From Candidatus Dasytiphilus stammeri (GTDB lineage: Bacteria > Pseudomonadota > Gammaproteobacteria > Enterobacterales > Enterobacteriaceae), in assembly GCA_041945105.1 (NCBI GenBank), contig CP145880.1, positions 378,982 to 442,981 of the forward strand: 64,000 bases of DNA, given 5' to 3'. The notes under the pieces were generated by a model. That model ran no database searches. It saw only the letters and a list, made by a program, of their open reading frames with translations, and was not told the origin of the DNA. The translations under genes and the position numbers were made by a program. Positions 50,138-58,891 of this stretch are shown one piece after another (the first letter of the stretch is position 1; the number at the start of each line of letters is the position of its first letter).

Positions 50138-50740
50138 TTATTGAGAGTAATGTACTCCATGCCCCCAAGGCAAAGATACTGATTTGTAGAATTCATCTTT
50201 TTTAAGCAAGTCTTGCTCAAACAGACCAGAAAAATAAAGAGTTGTCATAAATGCATTAGGTTTATAAGCACCACGTGTACATAAACAATTATGTCTAGCA
50301 CGGATTATTACACCTACTCCTTTAGGTTTTAAAACCTCATCAAGTGTTTGTCCAATTTGAGAAGTTAATCTTTCTTGAATCTGTAATCTTTTAGAAAACA
50401 CATCTACAACACGTGCTAGTTTTGAGAGTCCAACCACTCTCCTATTTGGTAGATATCCTACAACAGCACTTCCTACGATAGGTGCAAGATGATGTTCACA
50501 TGTCGACTCGAAATGAATATTTTGAAGAAGTACTAAATTATTGTATCCTTCAACTTCTTCAAAAAATTTTTCAAGAATTAAATATGGATCTTTAGAATAA
50601 CCTTCAGTTTGATTTTTTAAAGATTTTAGAAATCGATCGGGGGTGTCAATAAGTCCTTGTCTCGTAACATCCTCACCTAGATAGCTTAAAATATCTAGGA
50701 CTGCTTGACGTGCTTTCTCTTTCTTAAGCATGTTTGACAT
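50138..50740 (-). CDS. folE: GTP cyclohydrolase I (FolE type IA, short non-enterobacterial form)
   Basis: 200 aa. GLIDTPDRFLKSL, FESTCEHHLAPIVG, VVGLSKLARVV and QIQERLTSQI motifs. It resembles the about 190-aa FolE form rather than the 222-aa E. coli FolE (STCEHHFVTIDG). Confidence 0.85.
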   Translation of the reverse strand: MSNMLKKEKARQAVLDILSYLGEDVTRQGLIDTPDRFLKSLKNQTEGYSKDPYLILEKFFEEVEGYNNLVLLQNIHFESTCEHHLAPIVGSAVVGYLPNRRVVGLSKLARVVDVFSKRLQIQERLTSQIGQTLDEVLKPKGVGVIIRARHNCLCTRGAYKPNAFMTTLYFSGLFEQDLLKKDEFYKSVSLPWGHGVHYSQ

Positions 50741-50756
50741 AAGATTTTCCTTATCC

Positions 50757-51446
50757 TTATGGAAGATTCAGTTCTTTATGTAATTGAATATTTAATGTTC
50801 GACCATATTTCATTGCTACTTTTATACATGTCTTTATATTTTTAAGATTACTTTCTTTATCATAATCATCTCTAGGCATGACATATATAGGCTTTCCTAG
50901 AGGAGGTCGAAATAACTTTAGGGGTTTTTCTTTAAATTGAGTACAATAAATAGGAAGCCCATCATTATCATCAATTTCTCCATGTGCAATTACATATTTA
51001 TAATGAGTGATTATTTCTACCGTTCGAGGATGTAATTCTGGAGTTTTAGGGCTACATACTATTGTCAAACTTTTATTCATTTTAATTGGACGATATATAG
51101 TGCCATTGGTTTCTATTTGTACTTTTAATTTATTTTCTATAAGATAATCTATTAGTGGCACTATATTTTGGCGAAAAGGTTCTCCTCCAGTAATAACTAC
51201 TAACTTTGGAGTAGGAGAATCCAAATGACTGATTTGATGAAAAATATCCATGGAATTAAGATTCCATTTAAATGATTCAAATTGTGTATCACACCAATAA
51301 CACTTCAAATTACAACCTGAAAGTCGTACAAAAGTGGCCGGACAACCTGTATAAGGTCCTTCACCCTGAATAGTACGAAAAATCTTCTCAACCCATAGCT
51401 TTTCACTGTCAGGAGCTTTCTTTCGTGCAGGATTTTGACCAAACAT
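50757..51446 (-). CDS. queE: 7-carboxy-7-deazaguanine synthase (radical SAM QueE)
   Basis: IFRTIQGEGPYTGCPATFVRLSGCNLKCYWCDT is the QueE signature with a CxxxCxxC cluster. GAGGAAG lies upstream. It is the first gene of the operon. Confidence 0.85.
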   Translation of the reverse strand: MFGQNPARKKAPDSEKLWVEKIFRTIQGEGPYTGCPATFVRLSGCNLKCYWCDTQFESFKWNLNSMDIFHQISHLDSPTPKLVVITGGEPFRQNIVPLIDYLIENKLKVQIETNGTIYRPIKMNKSLTIVCSPKTPELHPRTVEIITHYKYVIAHGEIDDNDGLPIYCTQFKEKPLKLFRPPLGKPIYVMPRDDYDKESNLKNIKTCIKVAMKYGRTLNIQLHKELNLP

Positions 51447-51694
51447 ATCATCTTCCTCAGGATCAAATTTTAAAAAAATAGAATTAAATTAATACAGTTA
51501 GATAAATTTGGCTTGGTTAAGCTTGTAGATTGCCTATGTACAATTTTATTTATAAATTAGACATTAGATAATAATCTGGAAGATACAACGTTAGATGTTT
51601 TGTGATTTATATATAACAAAAAGATTATAAATTAACCAATATCATAAGGAAATGGAAAAAGTATCAAGAGCTTTTGATAGAGAACTAAATAGCT
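51447..51694 (-). promoter_or_regulatory. Promoter/regulatory spacer between ypdB and queE, carrying five copies of an ATCTAA-like hexamer
   Basis: 248-nt non-coding gap. Plus-strand TTAGAT occurs at 51498, 51564 and 51591, with variants GTAGAT at 51525 and TTAGAC at 51557. No convincing -35/-10 pair could be singled out in this AT-rich stretch. Confidence 0.35.
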
Positions 51695-52432
51695 CTAAAG
51701 ACGCATGAGTTGCCGAAATTCTTTTACTTTACTGCGACTGACCGGAACTTTGATTTTTTGTTCTCGAAGCTGCAAAAGATAAGTATGATTAAACCATGGT
51801 TCAATTTCTATAATATGACGCATATTCACACAATATGAACGATGACATCGAAAAAAAAACCTCAAGGGTAACTGCATACAAAATTTACTAATACTAATAG
51901 GCATTATATATTCTCCACCATAGAGTGTATAAATAAAAGTCATTTTTTTATGAGCTTCTGCATAACAGATATCACTAATGTTAGTCACAATAAAACGTTC
52001 ATTTTTCATCAAATTCATAGTCTTATATTTTGAATAAAAATGAAATTGTTTATGAACTAATTCTTCTTGTTGTTCCCAAAAAATTTCTAATTTTTGCAAC
52101 ATTATAGCAATACGTGTTTCCTGTAAAGGTTTAAGAATATAATCAAATGCTTCTATTTCAAAAGCTTCAACAGCATGTTCTTGATAAGCACTAATAAATA
52201 CAATGAGTGGTTTGTTGGAAAACTTATTAATATTTTGAGCTAATAACATTCCATCTAAAATAGGAAGACGAATATCTATAAAAATCACATCAACTTTATT
52301 ATGTTGAAGATATTTTAATACATCTAGACCATCATCAAAAATTTTATCAATTATAATATTACTATGTTGACCTATTAGCCAATTTAATTCTTGTTGAGCG
52401 GAAATTTCGTCTTCAACGATGATACCTTTCAC
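51695..52432 (-). CDS. ypdB: LytTR-family response regulator YpdB
   Basis: MKGIIVEDEISAQQELNWLI..FDDGLDVLKYLQHNKVDVIFIDIRLP..HAVEAFEIEAFDYILKP..FFRCHRSYCVN..IEPWFN..VPVSRSKVKEFRQLM tracks E. coli YpdB almost motif for motif. The receiver Asp is retained. Confidence 0.85.
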   Translation of the reverse strand: MKGIIVEDEISAQQELNWLIGQHSNIIIDKIFDDGLDVLKYLQHNKVDVIFIDIRLPILDGMLLAQNINKFSNKPLIVFISAYQEHAVEAFEIEAFDYILKPLQETRIAIMLQKLEIFWEQQEELVHKQFHFYSKYKTMNLMKNERFIVTNISDICYAEAHKKMTFIYTLYGGEYIMPISISKFCMQLPLRFFFRCHRSYCVNMRHIIEIEPWFNHTYLLQLREQKIKVPVSRSKVKEFRQLMRL

Positions 52433-52438
52433 GACATT

Positions 52439-53566
52439 TTAATTATTAATAAAAAAATACATTTCAGTTCCCGGCCAATGTTTATGTTTAGGTTTACTAA
52501 CATGTAATCCGTTGCCATATATTAATTTAATACGTTGATGAACATTTAATAAGCCCATTCGGTTATTAGAATGAGGACTTTCATTACGTCTTATTCTATC
52601 TATCACTTCCTCATTGATGCCATATCCAGTATTACTTACTGATACCATAACTTTATTATTACGAGTTTTTTTAATACTAAGAATAATAGTAGTACCTTTA
52701 CTCCGTTGAATACCATGATAAATGGCATTTTCCACTAATGGTTGAATTAACAAATTAGGAATAAAACACACAATATCTTTATCTATTTTGTAGATTACAG
52801 TAAGTTTTTTACCAAATCGTATTTTTTCAATAGCTATATAATTTTTAATATAACATAGCTCTTTTTTAAGATCTATAAGCTCATATCCGTTTCTTTCAAC
52901 ATGATAACGTAAATAGTATGATAAATTAATTGTAAGCTTTCGGGCAATTTGTGGATTTAATCTTATTAATGAATATATAGTATTTAATGTATTAAAAAGA
53001 AAATGAGGATTAATCATTCTTTGTAAAGCTTGTAATTTTGCTTGATGATTTATTATACGCAAATCATTAAGACGGGATATCTCAATATGACTAGAGATCA
53101 TTTGGGAGAAAAAAATGGCGATTTTTTTTAAAAAAGATCTTTCTCCTATAGAAAGATAATAATTTTTATAGCAAACTTTCAATGTTCCTATAATACCCTC
53201 TTGTTCCCATATTGGAATTATTAGTACTAAATTCACTTGTGGAAACGTATCGGGGTGAATATGATTTCGAATTATAATAGCGCCATATTGTAGAACTTTA
53301 GCTGTTATATAGCCGATACTTCTATCATTAGAATAATATGTCCTACCTACACCAGAATATGCTAATATCTGTTGAGTATTAGTAATCGCAACTACATCGG
53401 CAATTAAATCAATCTGGAGAATCTTACAAATTTTATACAAGGTTTTATTATCTGCATTACGGAACCGTGGTAAAATATTACTATAAACCTGTAAAAAACC
53501 GTAAGGTTTTGTAGATTCATTTTTATGTAACGATCGAATAATTCGTATATACATAGCTTCAAACAT
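52439..53566 (-). CDS. ypdA: LytS/YpdA-type sensor histidine kinase lacking the N-terminal 5TM sensor domain (GAF + His_kinase + HATPase_c only)
   Basis: 375 aa, versus about 565 aa recalled for E. coli YpdA. No hydrophobic N-terminal segments. It has a GAF-like region, the phospho-acceptor box INPHFLFNTLN and the N-box LIQPLVENAIYHG. Only 51 nt separate its start from tRNA-Arg. Confidence 0.75.
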   Translation of the reverse strand: MFEAMYIRIIRSLHKNESTKPYGFLQVYSNILPRFRNADNKTLYKICKILQIDLIADVVAITNTQQILAYSGVGRTYYSNDRSIGYITAKVLQYGAIIIRNHIHPDTFPQVNLVLIIPIWEQEGIIGTLKVCYKNYYLSIGERSFLKKIAIFFSQMISSHIEISRLNDLRIINHQAKLQALQRMINPHFLFNTLNTIYSLIRLNPQIARKLTINLSYYLRYHVERNGYELIDLKKELCYIKNYIAIEKIRFGKKLTVIYKIDKDIVCFIPNLLIQPLVENAIYHGIQRSKGTTIILSIKKTRNNKVMVSVSNTGYGINEEVIDRIRRNESPHSNNRMGLLNVHQRIKLIYGNGLHVSKPKHKHWPGTEMYFFINN

Positions 53567-53617
53567 ATAATAAACATCGCTGTTCGGTCAAAATGATGAT
53601 TGATAATTTTACTGTTT

Positions 53618-53690
53618 GTTCCTTTAGTTAAAATGGATATAATAAGCCTCTCCTAAGGGCTAGTTATAGGTTCGAATCCTATAGGGAACA
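53618..53690 (+). tRNA. argW: tRNA-Arg (CCU)
   Basis: Acceptor GTTCCTT/AGGGAAC, anticodon stem AGCCT/GGGCT, loop CTCCTAA, T-loop TTCGAAT. Closely resembles E. coli argW. CCA is not encoded. Confidence 0.85.
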
Positions 53691-53750
53691 TTAATCAATC
53701 TATCCGATTAATGAATTAATGAAAATAAAATATATGTGGTTTGTATTTTA

Positions 53751-54580
53751 ATGACAGAATCAATCATACATGTATCATTGATAATAATCGTTTTACTCTC
53801 ACGCCAGCCATGACTACAAAATTATTCGTATTCTGGTTATAATCCAATTATTAATTATAGAAATCTTTCTTGCATGTTTTTTGATTGGATCAGAAATAGG
53901 CACTATTGTGATAAATAGTATGGCAAAATTTTTTATGGCATTGATGAGAAGGTACTGATTTTGTAGTTTGATGTAAAAAATATGGATTAGTATTTTGTTT
54001 CTTAAATGTGATCCAAGAATATTTATTTCAGCCCTAATTGGAATTCTACAATATATTCGGATTTTACCTATTTTCTTTTACATCTTTAGTACTTAATATG
54101 TTTAGCTTTTTTATTATTTTATCACTACTAATTAATCCATATAAAGTACCAAATGAGGAATATCTACTCACAAGTAATTTGGTAAATAATACAAGCTTTT
54201 TTGAAATGTTGGCAGAATATATTCTAACTGGCCGCCATTGTAACTGCAATGTTGATTGGATTTATTTCTTTAAGAACTGCTCTTAACATGCTTTTTGTAA
54301 CTATATTTGGAATTATAAGTTAGTTAATGAATTTATAGCTATGCACGCACTAGCAAAAAAATAGGAGATCAACTGTCTACACTACGTGTAGGAATATTAT
54401 CCGTATTTTTAGTTTCGTTTGCTAATTGGTCTTCTATCGGTATCGTTTCAGGAAATGTAAAAGTATTTAATAAACAACAAGGAGATAGATATTGTTGCTC
54501 GATTTGGATTTCAACTCCTTTACAGCTCTACTTGAGTAAGTATATTATCTGCTTCTGTAACCGGATTGTTCTCTATCTAA
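53751..54580 (+). pseudogene. nupC: Decayed nucleoside permease NupC (CNT family)
   Basis: Fragments in shifting frames match E. coli NupC in order. They are [125 protein letters not shown] and IVARFGFQLLYSST(stop)VSILSASVTGLF. Multiple stops, frameshifts and at least two internal deletions leave about 830 nt of an expected 1.2 kb. Confidence 0.85.
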
Positions 54581-54599
54581 TAAATAAATAGATTGGGAG

Positions 54600-54675
54600 T
54601 GGTGGAGCTAAGCGGATTTGAACCGCTGACCTATTGCATGCCATGCAAGTGCTCTACCAATTGAGCTATAGCCCC
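54600..54675 (-). tRNA. alaX: tRNA-Ala (GGC)
   Basis: The reverse complement GGGGCTATAGCTCAATTGGTAGAGCACTTGCATGGCATGCAA..GCTCCACCA is near-identical to E. coli alaW/alaX. CCA is encoded. It lies beside gltX as in E. coli. Confidence 0.9.
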
Positions 54676-56066
54676 TTTTTTGATAAACATTTCAAGCTTT
54701 TTTCAAGACGAGTGATAACTATTTGTTTTTTCATGGCATGCAGAATCATATCAATAGCTGGTGAGGTTTGAGATCCTATGACAGCTATACGCAATGGCAT
54801 ACTCACTTCACGAAGATTTAGATCTAGTTCCTGAGCAGAACTTTCGATAGCATCGTATATATTATTCACAGTCCAATCGGTGATTATTGATAATTTATTA
54901 CGTACCATTTCTAATACTTTAATATATTTTGGATGAATCTCTTGATAATTGGTTATGTTAAAATCTTCATATAAATAGCGACTAGAAACTATTATTTCTT
55001 TTAAAGTTTTACATCTTTCACGAAATAATTTTACCAACTGAATTACAGTGGGTCCCGAACTAATATCAATATTTTCATGATCAATATGCCATTTTAATTG
55101 AGTAGCCACATAATTTATTGGTAATGTCTTGATATAGTGATGATTTAACCATAAAAGCTTTTTAATATTTAATGTACTAGCAGACTTACTGACTTTTTCC
55201 AAAGTAAATAAAGATTTCATTTCTTCAATTGTAAAAATTTCTTGATTTCCACAGGACCATCCCAACCTCACCAAATAATTAAGCAGTGCTTCCGGTAAAT
55301 AACCCTTCTCACGATATTGCATAATACTAAGTGTACCTTGACGTTTAGACAGTCTTTTTCCATGTTCATCTAAAATCATGGGAACATGGGCATAAGCAGG
55401 AATCTCAGCTCCTACTGCTTTTAAAATGTTAATTTGACGGAGTGTATTGCTAATATGATCTTCACCCCGAATTACATGTGTGATCTGCATATCCCAATCA
55501 TCGATAGCTACACAAAAATTGTATGTAGGTAAACCATTAGAACGACGAATAACAAGATCATCAAGTTCGTAATTATTTACTCTAATCATTCCTCGGATAA
55601 GATCTTTAAAAGAACTAATTCCTTGACGAGGATTACAAAATCGTACTACATAAGGAGCATTATTGTGCTTATTATGAGGATAATATTCACGACAAAAACC
55701 ATCGTAACGCGGTTTTTTACTTTCTGCCATCTGTGACATTCGTAATTTTTCCAACCTATTTTTTGTACAATAGCATTTATAGGCAGTTCCAGTTTTTAAC
55801 ATATCCTCAATTATCTCATTATAACGTGTAATGCGTGTGGTTTGGTAAAAAGGACCCAGATCCCAATCTAATTTCAACCATTTCATACTATCTATAATTG
55901 CATCAATAGCTAGTTGACTAGATCTTTCACGATCGGTGTCTTCAATACGTAATATAAATTCTCCTCCCTGGTGATGAGCAAATAACCAGGAATAAAGAGC
56001 TGTACGAATATTCCCAAAATGGAGATAACCAGTTGGACTAGGTGCGAAGCGCGTTTTAACTTTCAT
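54666..56066 (-). CDS. gltX: Glutamyl-tRNA synthetase
   Basis: [24 protein letters not shown] (HIGH region) and KLSKR (KMSKS). 466 aa. Its last 10 nt overlap the 5' end of tRNA-Ala. Confidence 0.95.
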   Translation of the reverse strand: MKVKTRFAPSPTGYLHFGNIRTALYSWLFAHHQGGEFILRIEDTDRERSSQLAIDAIIDSMKWLKLDWDLGPFYQTTRITRYNEIIEDMLKTGTAYKCYCTKNRLEKLRMSQMAESKKPRYDGFCREYYPHNKHNNAPYVVRFCNPRQGISSFKDLIRGMIRVNNYELDDLVIRRSNGLPTYNFCVAIDDWDMQITHVIRGEDHISNTLRQINILKAVGAEIPAYAHVPMILDEHGKRLSKRQGTLSIMQYREKGYLPEALLNYLVRLGWSCGNQEIFTIEEMKSLFTLEKVSKSASTLNIKKLLWLNHHYIKTLPINYVATQLKWHIDHENIDISSGPTVIQLVKLFRERCKTLKEIIVSSRYLYEDFNITNYQEIHPKYIKVLEMVRNKLSIITDWTVNNIYDAIESSAQELDLNLREVSMPLRIAVIGSQTSPAIDMILHAMKKQIVITRLEKSLKCLSKKGL

Positions 56067-56103
56067 TATTCTGCTAAAAATATAATAATTTTATTAAAAA
56101 TGT

Positions 56104-56131
56104 TTGACTCACTTTAAAGTATCTCTATAAT
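56104..56131 (+). promoter_or_regulatory. Near-consensus sigma70 promoter for the tRNA Val-Lys operon
   Basis: TTGACT (56104-56109), a 16-nt spacer, then TATAAT (56126-56131). It ends 37 nt upstream of tRNA-Val, in the divergent gltX/valU spacer as in E. coli. Confidence 0.6.
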
Positions 56132-56167
56132 TAATGCCACAATTAATTATTAAATAAATTTTATTAC

Positions 56168-56240
56168 GGGTGATTAGCTCAAGCGGTAGAGCACCTCCCT
56201 TACAAGGAGGGGGTCGGCGGTTCGAATCCGTCATCACCTA
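56168..56240 (+). tRNA. valU: tRNA-Val (UAC)
   Basis: GGGTGATTAGCTCA..GCACCTCCCTTACAAGGAGGGGGTCGGCGGTTCGAATCCGTCATCACC is near-identical to E. coli tRNA-Val(UAC). CCA is not encoded. Confidence 0.9.
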
Positions 56241-56256
56241 TACCATCTTTTCTTGA

Positions 56257-56330
56257 GGGTCGTTAGCTCAGTTTGGTAGAGCAGTTGACTTTTAATCAAT
56301 TGGTCGCAGGTTCAAGTCCTGCACGACCCA
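56257..56330 (+). tRNA. lysV: tRNA-Lys (UUU)
   Basis: GGGTCGTTAGCTCAGTTTGGTAGAGCAGTTGACTTTTAATCAATTGGTCGCAGGTTCAAGTCCTGCACGACCCA matches E. coli tRNA-Lys. CCA is not encoded. Confidence 0.9.
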
Positions 56331-56414
56331 TCACATTTATACACTACTAGTAGCATATAATTTTATTATTGAACTATACTATATAGGTTAAGGATAAAAA
56401 TTGGTTATTTATAT

Positions 56415-58055
56415 TCACTCCCCTTTGGCTGCTTTAAAGGCTTCAGCCATAGCACTAGAAAAATTATCATTCTCAGCAGAGGATTCCTGATTCTCCGAGT
56501 AATTTTGTGTCACAGCAGAAAGAAGAACTAGACGATTCTTCCGATCAACACCAATAATCTTTACGACCACTTCTTCATTAAGAAGAACTGGATGAAAATC
56601 TTCTATGTTTCTAGAAGTACGCAAATAACCCTCAACCCCATCAGCTAATTGAACACTAGCACCTTTTGAATCAATGTGAGTTACTTTTCCTGTAACTAAA
56701 GTTCCTTTTTTATTTAAAGAAATATAGTGGTTAAATGGATCTTCTCCAAGTTGTTTAATACCCAGAGAAATGCGCTCACGATCAGCGTCTACCTGTAAAA
56801 CGACTGTGGTTATTTCATCACCCTTTTTATATTTACCAACAGCTTCTTCTCCCGTCAGATTCCACGAAATATCGGAAAGATGTACTAATCCATCAATATT
56901 ACCATTTAATCCAATGAAGATACCAAAATCTGTAATTGATTTAATTTTGCCTTTAACTTGATCACCTTTTTGATAAGTTTCTGCAAATGCTTGCCATGGA
57001 TTGATTTTACACTGTTTTAAACCTAAAGATATGCGACGACGTATTTCATCAATATCTAATACCATTACTTCCACTCTATCATGCACTTTAACTACTTTAG
57101 ACGGATGAATATTTTTATTAGTCCAATCAATTTCTGAAACATGTACTAATCCTTCTACGCCCTCTTCGATTTCCACAAAAAAACCGTAATCCGTAAGGTT
57201 AGTTACTCGACCTTCTATACGAGTGCTTTCAGGATAACGTTTGGTTATTGAAAGCCATGGATCTTCTCCCAGTTGTTTTAACCCTAGAGATACACGCATT
57301 TTTTCGCGATCAAATTTTAATACCTTAACAGTAATTTCATCTCCTACTTGAACAATTTCGCTAGGATGTTTTACTCTTTTCCATGCAATATCAGTAATGT
57401 GCAATAAACCATCAACACCACCTAAATCTACAAATGCTCCATAGTCAGTAAGATTTTTTATAATTCCCTTGGCATTGGTTCCTTCTTGTAATTTTTCTAA
57501 TAATTGTTCTCGTTCTGCACTGTTTTCTAATTCAATCACCGCACGACGTGATACTACTACATTATTACGTTTTTGATCTAATTTTATTACTTTGAATTCT
57601 AGTTCCTTACCTTCTAAAGGTAAAGTATCACGCACTGGACGCATGTCTACTAAAGAACCTGGAAGAAAAGCTCTAACTCCTTGTAAATCTACAGTAAAAC
57701 CACCTTTAACCTTACCATTAATAATACCCAGAACAGTTGCCGCTTTTTCGTGAGCTTCTTCCAATTTTAACCATGCTTCATAGCGTTTAGCTTTTTCCCG
57801 CGAGAGTAAGGTTTTGCCAAAACCGTCTTCTACTGCTTCTAAAGCAACATCTATTTTATTACCTTCCTTGATTTCCAGTTCTCCATTAGCATTTTTAAAC
57901 TGTTCAATTGGGATAGGAGACTCGGATTTTAATCCAGCATCAACCCAAACTATCTCTTTATCAATAGCAATAACTTTGCCAGTAATAATAGAACCGGGAC
58001 GAATTTTTATTTGTTTTAGGGACTCTTCAAAAAGTTGAGCAAAAGATTCAGTCAT
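56415..58055 (-). CDS. rpsA: 30S ribosomal protein S1
   Basis: 546 aa. [13 protein letters not shown] start and six S1 repeats (..GFVDLGG.DGLLHISD..-type motifs). Confidence 0.95.
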   Translation of the reverse strand: MTESFAQLFEESLKQIKIRPGSIITGKVIAIDKEIVWVDAGLKSESPIPIEQFKNANGELEIKEGNKIDVALEAVEDGFGKTLLSREKAKRYEAWLKLEEAHEKAATVLGIINGKVKGGFTVDLQGVRAFLPGSLVDMRPVRDTLPLEGKELEFKVIKLDQKRNNVVVSRRAVIELENSAEREQLLEKLQEGTNAKGIIKNLTDYGAFVDLGGVDGLLHITDIAWKRVKHPSEIVQVGDEITVKVLKFDREKMRVSLGLKQLGEDPWLSITKRYPESTRIEGRVTNLTDYGFFVEIEEGVEGLVHVSEIDWTNKNIHPSKVVKVHDRVEVMVLDIDEIRRRISLGLKQCKINPWQAFAETYQKGDQVKGKIKSITDFGIFIGLNGNIDGLVHLSDISWNLTGEEAVGKYKKGDEITTVVLQVDADRERISLGIKQLGEDPFNHYISLNKKGTLVTGKVTHIDSKGASVQLADGVEGYLRTSRNIEDFHPVLLNEEVVVKIIGVDRKNRLVLLSAVTQNYSENQESSAENDNFSSAMAEAFKAAKGE

Positions 58056-58177
58056 ATTGTAATTTCTTTAGAAATTTAAAAGTATTAATAAAATATCCAT
58101 CTAAAAATCCAGATGGATGGTTGGTTTAACATCGGATTAGGAATTAGGTTTATTGTCCCTAATCAATCCTCATTAAA

Positions 58178-58864
58178 TTATTTATGAACATTAATTTGTA
58201 AAAGTACATGTCTTAAAACTTTTTCAAAAACCTGTTCAGTCCTAAGGTTAGTGGAGTCTATTATCATAGCATCTTCAGCAGGTTTTAAGGAGGCTGTTTT
58301 TCGGTTACTATCACGGTCATCTCGCTTTTTTATTTGATCAAGTAATTGTTCAAATTTAACATTAAAGCCTTTTTTCTGCAACTGTAACATTCGTCGACGT
58401 GAGCGTTCTTCAACGCTAGCATCTAAAAAAAATTTTACAATGGCATCAGGAAAAACTACTGTTCCCATATCACGACCCTCAGCAATTAATCCCGGTAACG
58501 ATCGCAATGCACGTAATTTATATAATAAAGCTTTTCTAACATTTGGTAAAATCGCAATTTGTGAAGCAAATTCACCTACCGATTCCATATAAATCATATT
58601 GGAAATATTTATATCTTCAAAAATTATTTCCGATACACCATTTTCCATAGATAAATGCATATCCAAATTCATTGCTATAGATACTAATTTTTTTTCAGCT
58701 CTTACTGAGATTTTATGATGAAGTGCTGAAAAAGCAAGCACTCGGTAAATTGCACCTGAGTTTAAATAATGCCATTGTAATTTTTTCGCCAGTAAATAAC
58801 CAATAGTTCCTTTTCCTACCCCTCCTGGACCATCAATGGTAATTACTGGAACTTCAAAATTCAT
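58178..58864 (-). CDS. cmk: Cytidylate kinase
   Basis: ITIDGPGGVGKGT P-loop and GRDMGTVVFPDA motif. Upstream of rpsA as in E. coli. Confidence 0.9.
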   Translation of the reverse strand: MNFEVPVITIDGPGGVGKGTIGYLLAKKLQWHYLNSGAIYRVLAFSALHHKISVRAEKKLVSIAMNLDMHLSMENGVSEIIFEDINISNMIYMESVGEFASQIAILPNVRKALLYKLRALRSLPGLIAEGRDMGTVVFPDAIVKFFLDASVEERSRRRMLQLQKKGFNVKFEQLLDQIKKRDDRDSNRKTASLKPAEDAMIIDSTNLRTEQVFEKVLRHVLLQINVHK

Positions 58865-58891
58865 GAAATCTCACCAAAGAAGAATAATTTC

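Noticed and set aside
54038-54286. 82-aa ORF (and the antisense 54064-54249 ORF) as a small membrane-protein gene
   Set aside because: Its sequence ([34 protein letters not shown]) is simply the best-preserved internal fragment of the nupC pseudogene. The flanking NupC segments are in other frames and interrupted by stops.
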